Sequence record: NZ_CP143948.1
DNA: 64,000 nt
Source: a plasmid
Reading direction: 5' to 3' (one strand)
This document shows positions 34,671 through 44,505 of the stretch, piece after piece. Position numbers and translations under genes: made by a program. The notes under the pieces are model-generated. The model had not been told where the DNA came from. It made no database searches and saw nothing but the letters and a program-made list of their open reading frames with translations. Position 1 is the first letter of the stretch. Every line of letters starts with the position of its first letter.

Positions 34671-35414
34671 TTAGGCATTTTTAACTATTTCAACAGCAAT
34701 ATCCGGATAATTTGTGATAATTGCATCTGCTTCTGCCTTGACAAGTGCCTTCATCTCATGCTTTTCGTTTACAGTCCATACATGAGCTCTAAGTCCTCTT
34801 CCGTGCGCCTTGTCAATGTAGTTTTCATCCTGCATATGGTAGGTTGCCGGATGAAGCGCATCCACATGAAGCTCGCTTGCATACTCTGCCGGATTTACTA
34901 TAATGTCAGAAAAAAGCAGACCGCACCTCATATCGGGGCAAAGCTTTTTCATGCGCACAATCGACTCATGATTGAATGATGAGCACCAGATTCTGTCAAG
35001 CATATCATACTCTTCCACGAGCGCCAGTACCTTTTTCTCCAGATTTTTGTACTGTACGATACCGTTTTTAAGCTCGATATTTATGGTCATCTCTGTGTTT
35101 TTGAGCAGGTCAAACACCTCATCGAGTGTTGGAATGCGAGTCTTCTTGTCATAGGACGGCATGTGCTTTGACACATTGAGGCGCTTTAACTCCTTGAGTG
35201 TATAGTCCTTTACAAAGCCTTTCTCACCACTCACTCTGTCCACGGTCTCATCGTGTATGACCACAAGCTCTCCATCCTTTGTGAGCTGCACATCAAGCTC
35301 CACGCCGTCAGCCTTCATCTTTTCTGCCTTCTTGAATGCCTCAAGTGTGTTCTCCGGTGCATATCCGGATGCTCCTCTGTGTGCCCAGACCTTTGTTCCC
35401 TCTGTGTTTATCAT
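34671..35414 (-). CDS. Glycerophosphodiester phosphodiesterase (GlpQ/UgpQ family)
   Basis: HRG..G.APENT and E.D...T.DG..V..HD motifs of the GDPD TIM barrel. Confidence 0.85.
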   Translation of the reverse strand: MINTEGTKVWAHRGASGYAPENTLEAFKKAEKMKADGVELDVQLTKDGELVVIHDETVDRVSGEKGFVKDYTLKELKRLNVSKHMPSYDKKTRIPTLDEVFDLLKNTEMTINIELKNGIVQYKNLEKKVLALVEEYDMLDRIWCSSFNHESIVRMKKLCPDMRCGLLFSDIIVNPAEYASELHVDALHPATYHMQDENYIDKAHGRGLRAHVWTVNEKHEMKALVKAEADAIITNYPDIAVEIVKNA

Positions 35415-35444
35415 GCTTTAAGCCTTCTTTCGTTACTTTTTATT

Positions 35445-36839
35445 TTAGTTATTTTCATGCCTCGGTGCATCATATCTGTCTGCAAACCTTAAAAATACAA
35501 ATCCCACTGCAAAGAATATTGCCATAGTTGCAACCGCCACATTTATCGTGCCGCCCGCAAGCTTTACTGCTGCTATGACAAGCGAGCCTAAAAACGAAGC
35601 TCCCTTTGCAAAAATATCATAGATTCCGAAATACTCTCCCGAGTTCTCAGGAGGAATAATCTTTGAAAAATATGAGCGTGACAGCGCCTGCAATGAGCCC
35701 TGGAAGCAGCCCACACCAAATGCCATGATTCCAAAGCCAATCAGATCATGCAGTGTAAGTGCATATAGACAGACTGCAAAATATCCCGCAATGCAGACAT
35801 ACAAAAGCGTTGTAGTTTTGTATGTCTGTGACAGTCTTCCAAAAACAAGTGAACCGATGCATGCCACTATCTGTGTAAAAAGTAAAAACACTACCTGTCC
35901 CACTGAATCGAGCTTTAAATCAGTTCCTATGTTTATACAATTATCTATTATAGTACCTACACCATCTATGTAAAGGAAAAAAGCAACCAAAAACAGTCCT
36001 ACTTTTTTATCTTTTGTAGCTATTTTTTTGATTGTTCCAAAAATCTGTGCAAATGCGTCAGCTATAAGTCTTAGGACTCCCGGATTTTTGTTTGTTTTGT
36101 TTTTCTCTTTGATATTGTCTCTTATAAATGCATCATTTTCAAAATTCTTATGAATATCTTTGTCTGCTGCATCCGATACATAATTCACCTGTTTATAGCT
36201 CTTAAACAATGGAATTGTAACAACAAACCACCAGATTCCTGTAACCGCAAAGCCTATTATCATCGACAGGCGGTTTGATATATATCCAAGCATATCAGGT
36301 CCACAGATATACGCTGCAAGCGAAACGAGAAACGGCACACATGAGCCCAGATATCCCCAGGCATAGCCGTAGGAGGACACCTCGTCCATTCTATCCTTTG
36401 TCGTCACATCGACAAGCATCGAGTCATAAAACACCAGCGATGCATTGTAAAATATCTTTGTAAGCACATATATAACAAGAAACAGTACCCACGTAGGTGT
36501 AAAACCGTTAAGTATACATGCCGACACTCCTACAACTACTGTCGTTGAAAAAATGGCCTTTTTGATACGCATATGGTCAGCTATCGCGCCACATACAGGT
36601 CCGATAAGTGCTGATACAACCGTCATCACAGCTATCGCCACCGCATAATACGCAGTCGCCCTGTCAGATGAAATCTGCCCTACACCATCTCCCACGGCAA
36701 GGCTTTTGTACCATATCGGTATGAGTGCACACGCAAGCAGTGTGTATGCGGAATTTCCCACGTCATATAATACCCATGAGAGCTCCTTTGACGAGAGCTT
36801 TTTGCTTTTCTTTTGTGTATTGTCTTCTTTTGATTTCAT
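35445..36839 (-). CDS. MFS transporter, UMF1 (Atg22-like) family
   Basis: 464 aa; the W.LYD.GNSAY N-terminal signature and about 12 TM helices. Confidence 0.7.
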   Translation of the reverse strand: MKSKEDNTQKKSKKLSSKELSWVLYDVGNSAYTLLACALIPIWYKSLAVGDGVGQISSDRATAYYAVAIAVMTVVSALIGPVCGAIADHMRIKKAIFSTTVVVGVSACILNGFTPTWVLFLVIYVLTKIFYNASLVFYDSMLVDVTTKDRMDEVSSYGYAWGYLGSCVPFLVSLAAYICGPDMLGYISNRLSMIIGFAVTGIWWFVVTIPLFKSYKQVNYVSDAADKDIHKNFENDAFIRDNIKEKNKTNKNPGVLRLIADAFAQIFGTIKKIATKDKKVGLFLVAFFLYIDGVGTIIDNCINIGTDLKLDSVGQVVFLLFTQIVACIGSLVFGRLSQTYKTTTLLYVCIAGYFAVCLYALTLHDLIGFGIMAFGVGCFQGSLQALSRSYFSKIIPPENSGEYFGIYDIFAKGASFLGSLVIAAVKLAGGTINVAVATMAIFFAVGFVFLRFADRYDAPRHENN

Positions 36840-36945
36840 AAATTATACCTTCCCTGTTTATATGTCCCAGACTATGATTTTATTTTAAATATGTAAAAAC
36901 CGCTACCGTCCATTTGTAAAGTTTATGTAAGCAATCCGAACAATA

Positions 36946-37410
36946 TTATGCCAGCGACTTTCTCGCAATATCCACATAATGCATGGCGTTTCGATGATTC
37001 TCCTCTATCTCCTCAGCACTCAGTGACCTGACTACCTTTGCCGGAGAGCCAAATGCAAGGCTTCCGTCAGGAATCTCGGTGCCCTGAGTGACAAGAGCGC
37101 CCGCACCTATTATGCAGTTTTTACCAATCCTTGCTCCATTTAACACGATGGCACCCATGCCGATGAGTGTATTATCACCTATAGTACACCCGTGAACAAT
37201 TGCGCTGTGTCCTATTGTCACATTATCACCGATTCTGACACTGTGGCTTAAGTCCACATGTACCACTGCATTGTCCTGTATATTCGAATTTCTGCCTATT
37301 TCTATCGGTTCTGAATCGCCTCTTACAGTTGCATTATACCATACGCTTGCTCCGTCAGCCATTGTCACCTGACCCTTAACAACGGCACCTTCTGCTATAT
37401 AATATGCCAT
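36946..37410 (-). CDS. Gamma-carbonic-anhydrase-family hexapeptide-repeat protein (YrdA/PaaY/CaiE-like)
   Basis: 154 aa left-handed beta-helix with His ligands (HVD..H...IG.N...GH.AIVHG). Start ATG at 37410 with a GGAGGGA RBS embedded in the last codons of the upstream SMC-like gene (2-nt intergenic gap). Confidence 0.8.
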   Translation of the reverse strand: MAYYIAEGAVVKGQVTMADGASVWYNATVRGDSEPIEIGRNSNIQDNAVVHVDLSHSVRIGDNVTIGHSAIVHGCTIGDNTLIGMGAIVLNGARIGKNCIIGAGALVTQGTEIPDGSLAFGSPAKVVRSLSAEEIEENHRNAMHYVDIARKSLA

Positions 37411-37412
37411 AT

Positions 37413-40400
37413 CTATCCCTCCATCAATTTCAGATAATCGCCCTTGTCTATATGCATCATAGAAATCTGATTATTATGCCGCCTGAAGCCATAGACACAG
37501 TCCACATTTCGGATAAGCGACTGCAGACGTTCATCCGGTACACAGACAATCAGCTGCAAGTCCATCTTCCTTGCATACTTGAGACACACCGCACTTCGCT
37601 CCTGATCCATCTTGGAAAATGCCTCATCCAGAAGCACCAGCTTAATCTTTGAATCACGATTGCTCTGCTGCATATAAAGCATCGCAAAGCCCGCAAGAAG
37701 CGCAACGTACTTAGGGTTCTGTCCCTCGCCGCCCGAATCACGTCCTGCCATGTCATCTACAAAGTTTTCCCTGATGACACGGCCGTTTTCGTCCGTAACC
37801 TGCTCATACATGCTGAATGACAGATAATTGCGGTAATCCGCATACTGCTCCATTTCCTTGCGCTTCTGCATTCGCAGATGCTCATCCTCGTCCCTTGGCG
37901 GCATGAACTTGTCTGTCAAAAGTTTAATTTTCTGCTCATATTTCTTATAAAAATCATCCTCACCAAAGCTTATCTGTCCAGCTATTCCGCCATTATCCGG
38001 ATTTTTACTGTCCAGTTCTTCCGCCATAAGCATATCATAGAACTGACCGTTTTCGTTCTTTGCCGGCTCTATCTTAATCTGATAGGTACTGTCTGAGAAA
38101 TTAGTCTCCCTAAGAAGCCTGTTTATCTCATAGGCATGGCGCTTTGCAGCCTTGATATCACCATGAATTGTACCGATGACATTCTCTCTGAGACTTTTGT
38201 AAATCACCTTGCACTGCTCCTCAAACTCACTCTCATATTCCGGCTCATAATCCTTCTCGTACTTCTCCAGCAGCTCCTCATATGCCTTATTTGACTTCTC
38301 GGCTCCGCTGAACTGACCTGACGGAAACTCCTTTATATACCTGTAGCGGGCAGTCTGCAACGTCTCCACACACGACTGCTGCCTGCCACCATTTCCGTCT
38401 GCGCCTTGCAGCTCAATAAGCTTCTCACGCTGTTTGCTCTTGACCGATGCTCCTGAGCTATGCTGCAGCATATCCTGAACCTGCTTCTCAAGCTCCTCTC
38501 TGGCAACATAGCCCTGTAACATATCTTCCAGCTGTGCTCTTCGCTGTTCGTTTGCACCTATGATTTTCTCATGCTGGCTTATCTTTTCATTTATCTGCTG
38601 CTGATTCAGTGAAAAAGCGCTCTTAAGTGCATCGATGTTTTTCTCAAGAAGCCTCTTTTTCTCCTTTAGCTCCTTGTACTGCCCATTCTCCATTGTCCTA
38701 ATAATCTCTTCGAGCTCATTTTTCTGCGAATTAACTGCTTTAAGCTCATCTGACGCCTCAGAAAGGCCCACAAAATACTCCGGCTCCCCCTTTAAGCACT
38801 CAAAATCTCTCTGTGCCTTGAGACTTGAAATAATACCCATAAGCTGTATCTGGTCCTTCTCAAGCCTCTCCACATCTGCCTCATACTCAGCAAGTCTTGC
38901 CTTGGATACCCTGCCTCCGATGCAGGCATTTGTAGTATAATCGCGCTTCTTCAGATGTCTGAAAATAAAGTTGCTGTATGAGTAGCAGTCCGGTGTAACT
39001 CCATCTCGTACCTGCTCAAGCTCGTCAACACTCCGGCACTTTATAATATGTCCCAGATATCTTTTCAGGCAGACATCTACATACTTTTCCTTTGTATCCA
39101 CCGCCTCATAAAGCGAACCATCCATGGCCTTTGGTTCACTGTCCATGATAGCCTTGGAATTGATGAGGTCAACATCCTCAAACTGCTTCATATCCCTGAA
39201 AATAACAGCAGCAGTATGCGCATAACGCGGCTCTGTGATAAGTGAGAACTTGAGCCTGCCCATACGTCCTTCTATGGCATTCTTCCATTCCTCGTCCTGT
39301 ACGTCAAACATATCCGCAAATACCTGTACCTTCACAGGCTCGCCAAATCTATCACTTAAGTCTCTCTGCAGCGTAGCTCTTGCCGAACGCAGGCTCTCAC
39401 TGTATGACTTGCGGTTGTTCTTCATATCATCGACCAGACGTTTTTTCTCTTTAAGCTCTTTTGTTATCTCATTTTTCTGCGAATTATTGTCCTCGAGCTC
39501 ATCCTCGATATCCTTCTTTATAGACTCAAGCTTTAGATGAAGCTCCTGACATTTTGCCTCTGTGACGTCACCATCCACAATCTCTTCAATAAGGTTTAAA
39601 ACTGCATTGCTCACATAATCTGTGATGACCTCATCCTCATCCCAGGCCTTTAGTCCGTTTGTGATTTTAATCCACTGACGGCTGTTGTCGGTAAGCATGA
39701 GACTTCTCTTCTCAAGCTCCCTAAGCTGATCCTTTTTGCTTCCTAAGTCGCTCGATTTCAAATCTGCACATACCTGGATATACTCCTGCTGCAGATTCGC
39801 CTGCTGCCCGGCTATATCATCTGCCTTTTCTGAAAGCCTGCCCTGTTCTTCTTCGATACGCTTTTTATCATCCTCAGCTGCCTGAATCCTTGCACGCATA
39901 TCCTCGATATCTATGCACCTGATCATTGTCTCTGCCATGACAATATCGCTCTGGATATTTACCAGTTCCTGCCCTGACTCCTTTATTTCCTTAAGAAGCT
40001 CAATACGCTTGCGCATATCCTCTATTTTTTCCCTGATTTGTCTGTATGCATCAAGCTGCTCACTGATAGTCTCTATCGTGCCCGAGTCACTCTTTGGAAA
40101 CATATAATCGCGTATAAACTGGCCTGTTCCATTTGTCATTCTGAGTGCAATAGCACTTTTTTCCATTGTGATAAAACGATTCGGGTCAATATATCCTAAA
40201 ATCACATCATATAATGTGCCAAGGTATGCCTCCTTCGATGCGTAAATACGGTTTACATCCCCTCTGGCGCGTCTGTCAGCTGACTGTGAGCGAGTATTTA
40301 CAAGCTTTTTAATATCATTATTTGAATAGCAAAAGCCGTCCGCTGTCATATATGAAGGCTCCGGCATCCTGCCCGAATGACTGAAGTACACAAATCTCTT

Positions 40401-40817
40401 AATCTCAGAATCGTTTTTTCGTACCTCAAATGCTATTCCTATACATGTAAACGTATGACTGCCTGTATCCTCTATCTCAAGCGCTATGACCGAACAAAAA
40501 TCACAGTCGCCACGATTTGCGGAGCCATCCTTCTGCTCACCCCTCAAATAGCTCAGAACACTTCTCCTGTTTTTTGCATCATCTGCAGCCTTGTTCAAAA
40601 ACGTGGGGCTGAAGCTGCCGTAGAGGATTACCTGAATCGCATCCATGACGGTTGATTTTCCCGAGCCACTCTTACCACTGAACAAATTGACATACTCATT
40701 AAAATGCAAAACCTTGTGATTTATTCCGCCCCAGTTGTTTAGACACATTCTGGTAAATATCTTCTTAGACTGACTCAATTGGTAACTCCTCCATTTCACT
40801 GTTCTTGGCAAATTCAT
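37413..40817 (-). CDS. SMC-like ABC-type ATPase, JetC/MksB-like (Wadjet/condensin family)
   Basis: 1134 aa; N-terminal Walker A FSGKSGSGKST, a long E/K/Q-rich coiled-coil middle, DSGGEG signature-like motif and C-terminal Walker B LVLLDEAF. The real start may be TTG at 40778 (GGAGGAG RBS), which would give a 14-nt overlap with the upstream gene. Confidence 0.65.
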   Translation of the reverse strand: MNLPRTVKWRSYQLSQSKKIFTRMCLNNWGGINHKVLHFNEYVNLFSGKSGSGKSTVMDAIQVILYGSFSPTFLNKAADDAKNRRSVLSYLRGEQKDGSANRGDCDFCSVIALEIEDTGSHTFTCIGIAFEVRKNDSEIKRFVYFSHSGRMPEPSYMTADGFCYSNNDIKKLVNTRSQSADRRARGDVNRIYASKEAYLGTLYDVILGYIDPNRFITMEKSAIALRMTNGTGQFIRDYMFPKSDSGTIETISEQLDAYRQIREKIEDMRKRIELLKEIKESGQELVNIQSDIVMAETMIRCIDIEDMRARIQAAEDDKKRIEEEQGRLSEKADDIAGQQANLQQEYIQVCADLKSSDLGSKKDQLRELEKRSLMLTDNSRQWIKITNGLKAWDEDEVITDYVSNAVLNLIEEIVDGDVTEAKCQELHLKLESIKKDIEDELEDNNSQKNEITKELKEKKRLVDDMKNNRKSYSESLRSARATLQRDLSDRFGEPVKVQVFADMFDVQDEEWKNAIEGRMGRLKFSLITEPRYAHTAAVIFRDMKQFEDVDLINSKAIMDSEPKAMDGSLYEAVDTKEKYVDVCLKRYLGHIIKCRSVDELEQVRDGVTPDCYSYSNFIFRHLKKRDYTTNACIGGRVSKARLAEYEADVERLEKDQIQLMGIISSLKAQRDFECLKGEPEYFVGLSEASDELKAVNSQKNELEEIIRTMENGQYKELKEKKRLLEKNIDALKSAFSLNQQQINEKISQHEKIIGANEQRRAQLEDMLQGYVAREELEKQVQDMLQHSSGASVKSKQREKLIELQGADGNGGRQQSCVETLQTARYRYIKEFPSGQFSGAEKSNKAYEELLEKYEKDYEPEYESEFEEQCKVIYKSLRENVIGTIHGDIKAAKRHAYEINRLLRETNFSDSTYQIKIEPAKNENGQFYDMLMAEELDSKNPDNGGIAGQISFGEDDFYKKYEQKIKLLTDKFMPPRDEDEHLRMQKRKEMEQYADYRNYLSFSMYEQVTDENGRVIRENFVDDMAGRDSGGEGQNPKYVALLAGFAMLYMQQSNRDSKIKLVLLDEAFSKMDQERSAVCLKYARKMDLQLIVCVPDERLQSLIRNVDCVYGFRRHNNQISMMHIDKGDYLKLMEG

Positions 40818-41490
40818 GGGTATGGTTTACAGAACTGCCTTCTGTATTCAATCCGGCAGCTTCAAGTGTTGCAGCCGACTCGTTATCATACTTAATCAGC
40901 TCCACCTCATCACTGTACATGCGCACAAGCTCATTTATATCCATGGCTGAGCAGAATATATTTACTGTGCCATAAATATAAATCGGTGTGTTGTCCTCCA
41001 GGTTTGCAATAGCCCCCGGCAGTTCAATCATCTGATGTGTTTTCATAAGCAAAAGAGCGTCTGACCATTCCTGATTAGTGAGCTTTCTGGTAATCAGATT
41101 GGTATTTCTGCCATACTCACGAATCTCCGCCAGATTCGTTGTTGTCGCATTAAGCCCCTCGCCCATGATTTTATCCCTGTATATCATCTTCATTATAATG
41201 ACAATCCTTGCAGTAAGAAGAGTCATCTTCTCGAGCATGACACCATCACCCGTTATCCTGAAAAGATGCTCCTGCTGGTCATGAACCAGCTCACAGTCAA
41301 GCACAGCCAGATAATCAGAGATAAACTCTCTGTTTCTAAGACACACCTGATACCTTGGATTGTCTCTTTGAATCAATGTAACGGGGTCACACTTCATTTG
41401 CAAAATACAGGTCTGCCTCAACAGATCCTGAATAGTTTTTCTAATATTTTCTGCCTCATTTGGCGAAACATTCTCCATATATTCAAACAT
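40765..41490 (-). CDS. JetB/MksE-like subunit (DUF4194-type, inferred from size and position)
   Basis: 241 aa acidic protein sandwiched between the kleisin-like and SMC-like genes, matching the conserved mksF-mksE-mksB / jetA-jetB-jetC order. No independent motif. Confidence 0.45.
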   Translation of the reverse strand: MFEYMENVSPNEAENIRKTIQDLLRQTCILQMKCDPVTLIQRDNPRYQVCLRNREFISDYLAVLDCELVHDQQEHLFRITGDGVMLEKMTLLTARIVIIMKMIYRDKIMGEGLNATTTNLAEIREYGRNTNLITRKLTNQEWSDALLLMKTHQMIELPGAIANLEDNTPIYIYGTVNIFCSAMDINELVRMYSDEVELIKYDNESAATLEAAGLNTEGSSVNHTHEFAKNSEMEELPIESV

Positions 41491-41505
41491 ACATTGCTCT
41501 CTTTT

Positions 41506-43041
41506 CTATGCTTCTCGTTTAGAGTCCGATTTGGATATTACAAGCCTTGAGTAGCTTACACCATCACTCTTTGTTATCTCTCCATCCAGACTCACCGTAT
41601 CCTCACCCATGCGCTCATTGGTCTCCTCCTGCCATAAAAACAGAAGCTTTTCCAGATCCTCCATGGATTCTACAGTCTGTTCATCTGTCACAAACATGCC
41701 ATCACGCATATTTTTATCTCTGAAGCTTTGAAGCTCCTTTTTGGTATACAATGGCTTTGGCACAAAATCTGCCATATCATCTTCGCCTGCCGAAGCATCG
41801 TCAATAACAAACGGAACAAACTCACTTCTTCCTCTCTCTCTTCTTCCCGGAAAGCTGTCGTCCGTTACATTGTAAAACTGTCTGGTGAACTTCATTCTGT
41901 TTCGAAGAGCCCCAAGTATCTCATCTGTTTTATCACTCTTATCTATCAGGTTAATGAGCTTTACTATATTATCCTCGTCATCTGCGCCTTCCTGCAGGAT
42001 ATAGTGTATCCTTGCAAGCGCCCTCTTTGCAAAAATCGTCTTCTGCTCAATAAGCTTGTTGTACTTTCTCTCAATCAGGTCAAACTCATGCTCCACCTTA
42101 TAAACAAGCTCACTTGCCTTATCACAGTACTCCACGCTGTACTCATAGCGTTTTCTCTCAAACGTACCGGGTGTAGTCTGCGAAAGAATTCCCTCAAGCT
42201 CAGCCCTTCTGTCATCGTTCTGATTGAGGATTTTGCTTATAAGCTCCTTTACAGCCTCCTTATAACGATAAAAGCTATCCGTGGTTGTAAGGATGGCATA
42301 ACGTCTGCTATCACTGTTATTAATTTCCTTAATCAGTACCTTCTGTATACCGATAAAATCCTTCATACGTGACAGCTCATCAAAATATGCCCTCATGCCA
42401 TCCTGCATATTTGATAAAAGCTGACCAAGATTTTTTGACGTATACAACGCATTTTTCAGAATATCATTATTTTTTTCCGGGTCTGAAAAATATGTAAAAA
42501 GCGCACTGTAAACAGCCAAAATACTCTCACGCTCCCTGCTGTCATCATCCACAAGCAGCTTTTTAAATAGCTCAGCATACATCTGGCTGTACTGAGGAAA
42601 TGCAATCACATATGTGTTGAGCTTTTCATCAAAATCACTCCTGATCCAGCCCCAGTTTATAAGCCTGCCCAATATAGCTGATGGTGTCAGGGTGTATGCG
42701 AAGCTGGTCTGGTCATATACATCGACAATTTCCAGATCAGAATTATAATCATCATGATTATCCATGCTGTCACTATCTTTATTACTCTCATCTTCATTAT
42801 AATCAGTCTGCCATACAATGCCTGTTTTTGATATGGTATCCGCTATGATTATCTGACACTCCTCACGTGTCAGTCCCAGTGATGCATAGACCTCGTTATT
42901 CTCCTCATATAACGCAACAACTATCTGCATGTATGCATCCATATTTTTTGTGCGGAATAAGCTATAAAATTCTTTTGGTATTCTATCTTTTAATGTCATA
43001 CTCATATAATAACATATCCCCACGTTTTTCGCCATATACAT
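41506..43041 (-). CDS. JetA/MksF-like kleisin-type subunit (inferred)
   Basis: 511 aa acidic, largely helical protein directly upstream of the 241-aa and SMC-like genes. The start is uncertain (M1, M3 or M13; no strong RBS). Confidence 0.45.
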   Translation of the reverse strand: MYMAKNVGICYYMSMTLKDRIPKEFYSLFRTKNMDAYMQIVVALYEENNEVYASLGLTREECQIIIADTISKTGIVWQTDYNEDESNKDSDSMDNHDDYNSDLEIVDVYDQTSFAYTLTPSAILGRLINWGWIRSDFDEKLNTYVIAFPQYSQMYAELFKKLLVDDDSRERESILAVYSALFTYFSDPEKNNDILKNALYTSKNLGQLLSNMQDGMRAYFDELSRMKDFIGIQKVLIKEINNSDSRRYAILTTTDSFYRYKEAVKELISKILNQNDDRRAELEGILSQTTPGTFERKRYEYSVEYCDKASELVYKVEHEFDLIERKYNKLIEQKTIFAKRALARIHYILQEGADDEDNIVKLINLIDKSDKTDEILGALRNRMKFTRQFYNVTDDSFPGRRERGRSEFVPFVIDDASAGEDDMADFVPKPLYTKKELQSFRDKNMRDGMFVTDEQTVESMEDLEKLLFLWQEETNERMGEDTVSLDGEITKSDGVSYSRLVISKSDSKREA

Positions 43042-43161
43042 GGAAATAAACGTGGGGATATTAATATTGCTGCTTCACATCTCAGTCTTAACAATAACAT
43101 CCGGTTACCGTCAAATCACTCCTGATTGTGACCATCAATAATTCTATTCAATATAATATGC

Positions 43162-44505
43162 TTACTGCTCAGCAACTCTCAGATGACGTATAAGCTCATT
43201 TAAGCTCTCTGCCTCACTGCTCATCTCCTGACTTGCAGCTGCACACTCCTGTGAAGAAGCTGAGTTAGTCTGAACTACATCGTTAATCTGCTCTACGCCA
43301 TTATTAATCTGCTTGATAGCATCTGTCTGTGTCTCAAGTGTCTCTGCGATTCCATTAACCTCATCTGTAATAGTCTTGGAATTGCCTGCAACCTCCTCAA
43401 GCTGTGATGCTGTCTTGCCTGCAATAACCATTCCTTTTTCAACAGCCTTGACTGAAGACTCGATAAGAGCTGCTGACTCCTTAGCAGCATTTGCACTCTG
43501 CTCAGCAAGTACAGTAACCTGATCTGCTACAACTGCAAAGCCTTTTCCTGCCTCTCCTGCTCTGGCTGCCTCGATAGAAGCATTGAGTGCAAGAAGGTTT
43601 GTCTGTGATGCAATCTCATTGATTGTTGCGATGATTTTACCAATCTCCTGAGATGCCTCATTTATCTCATTCATGGATGTAACCATCTCATGCATCTGTC
43701 CGTTGCTATCCATAATCTCAGTTCCGAGTCCATCAACCTTCTGGCTGATTTCCTTTGCATGCTCGGCATTCTCAGCTACCTGATCCGCTACAGAAGCAAG
43801 TGTGGCTGTAAGCTCCTCCACAACGGCGGCCTGGTCTGTTGCGCCCTGCGCCAGATCACTTGAGCTGGCAGCTACCTGCCCAGCACCGTTTGAAACCTCA
43901 TTTGCCGCTCTCTGGATACCACTTACTGTATCTGACATGCTCTCCTCGAAAGCAACAATTGATTCTTTAATTCCTACAAAATCGCCTTTCCACTCCACCT
44001 GTGGCTTAAAGTTGAAATTGCCATCTGCAAACTGTCTCATAGTCTGGTCGATATCATCAATATATGTGCCAAGTGTCCTGATAGACTTTCTAAGGTCATG
44101 TGCAAGTTTGCCAACCTCATCATCTGAATGATACTCCAGATTGCTGTGAAGATTTCCATTAACAAGCTCTCCTGCCACTACCTCAATCTGCTGTAATGGC
44201 TCAAGCACAGAATCAATAACCTGGTCACTGATTTTTTTTGCAATCATTGTGGCTACAATTCCAACTATTATTACATTAGCCAGTCCTATAATCAGGAAAA
44301 ACGTAGCAACTGTTCCCGACTCGGCACCAAAGATATTAGCCTTTGCACCAAAATAAACCAATAAAACTGCAACAATTGATATGCCTCCCGATACAAGCAG
44401 CATATCCAATACTTTCTTATAGCCATATTTCAATCTCTGCTGAAGTGGCATTTCCATTATTTTGCTTTTAGCTTCCTCACCCATATGTAATTCTCCCTTT
44501 CTCAT
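43162..44505 (-). CDS. Methyl-accepting chemotaxis protein (TM sensor, HAMP, MCP signalling domain)
   Basis: Two TM helices, HAMP, and the highly conserved LLALNASIEAARAGEAGKGFAVVADQV signalling motif. The start may be an internal Met. Confidence 0.85.
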   Translation of the reverse strand: MRKGELHMGEEAKSKIMEMPLQQRLKYGYKKVLDMLLVSGGISIVAVLLVYFGAKANIFGAESGTVATFFLIIGLANVIIVGIVATMIAKKISDQVIDSVLEPLQQIEVVAGELVNGNLHSNLEYHSDDEVGKLAHDLRKSIRTLGTYIDDIDQTMRQFADGNFNFKPQVEWKGDFVGIKESIVAFEESMSDTVSGIQRAANEVSNGAGQVAASSSDLAQGATDQAAVVEELTATLASVADQVAENAEHAKEISQKVDGLGTEIMDSNGQMHEMVTSMNEINEASQEIGKIIATINEIASQTNLLALNASIEAARAGEAGKGFAVVADQVTVLAEQSANAAKESAALIESSVKAVEKGMVIAGKTASQLEEVAGNSKTITDEVNGIAETLETQTDAIKQINNGVEQINDVVQTNSASSQECAAASQEMSSEAESLNELIRHLRVAEQ

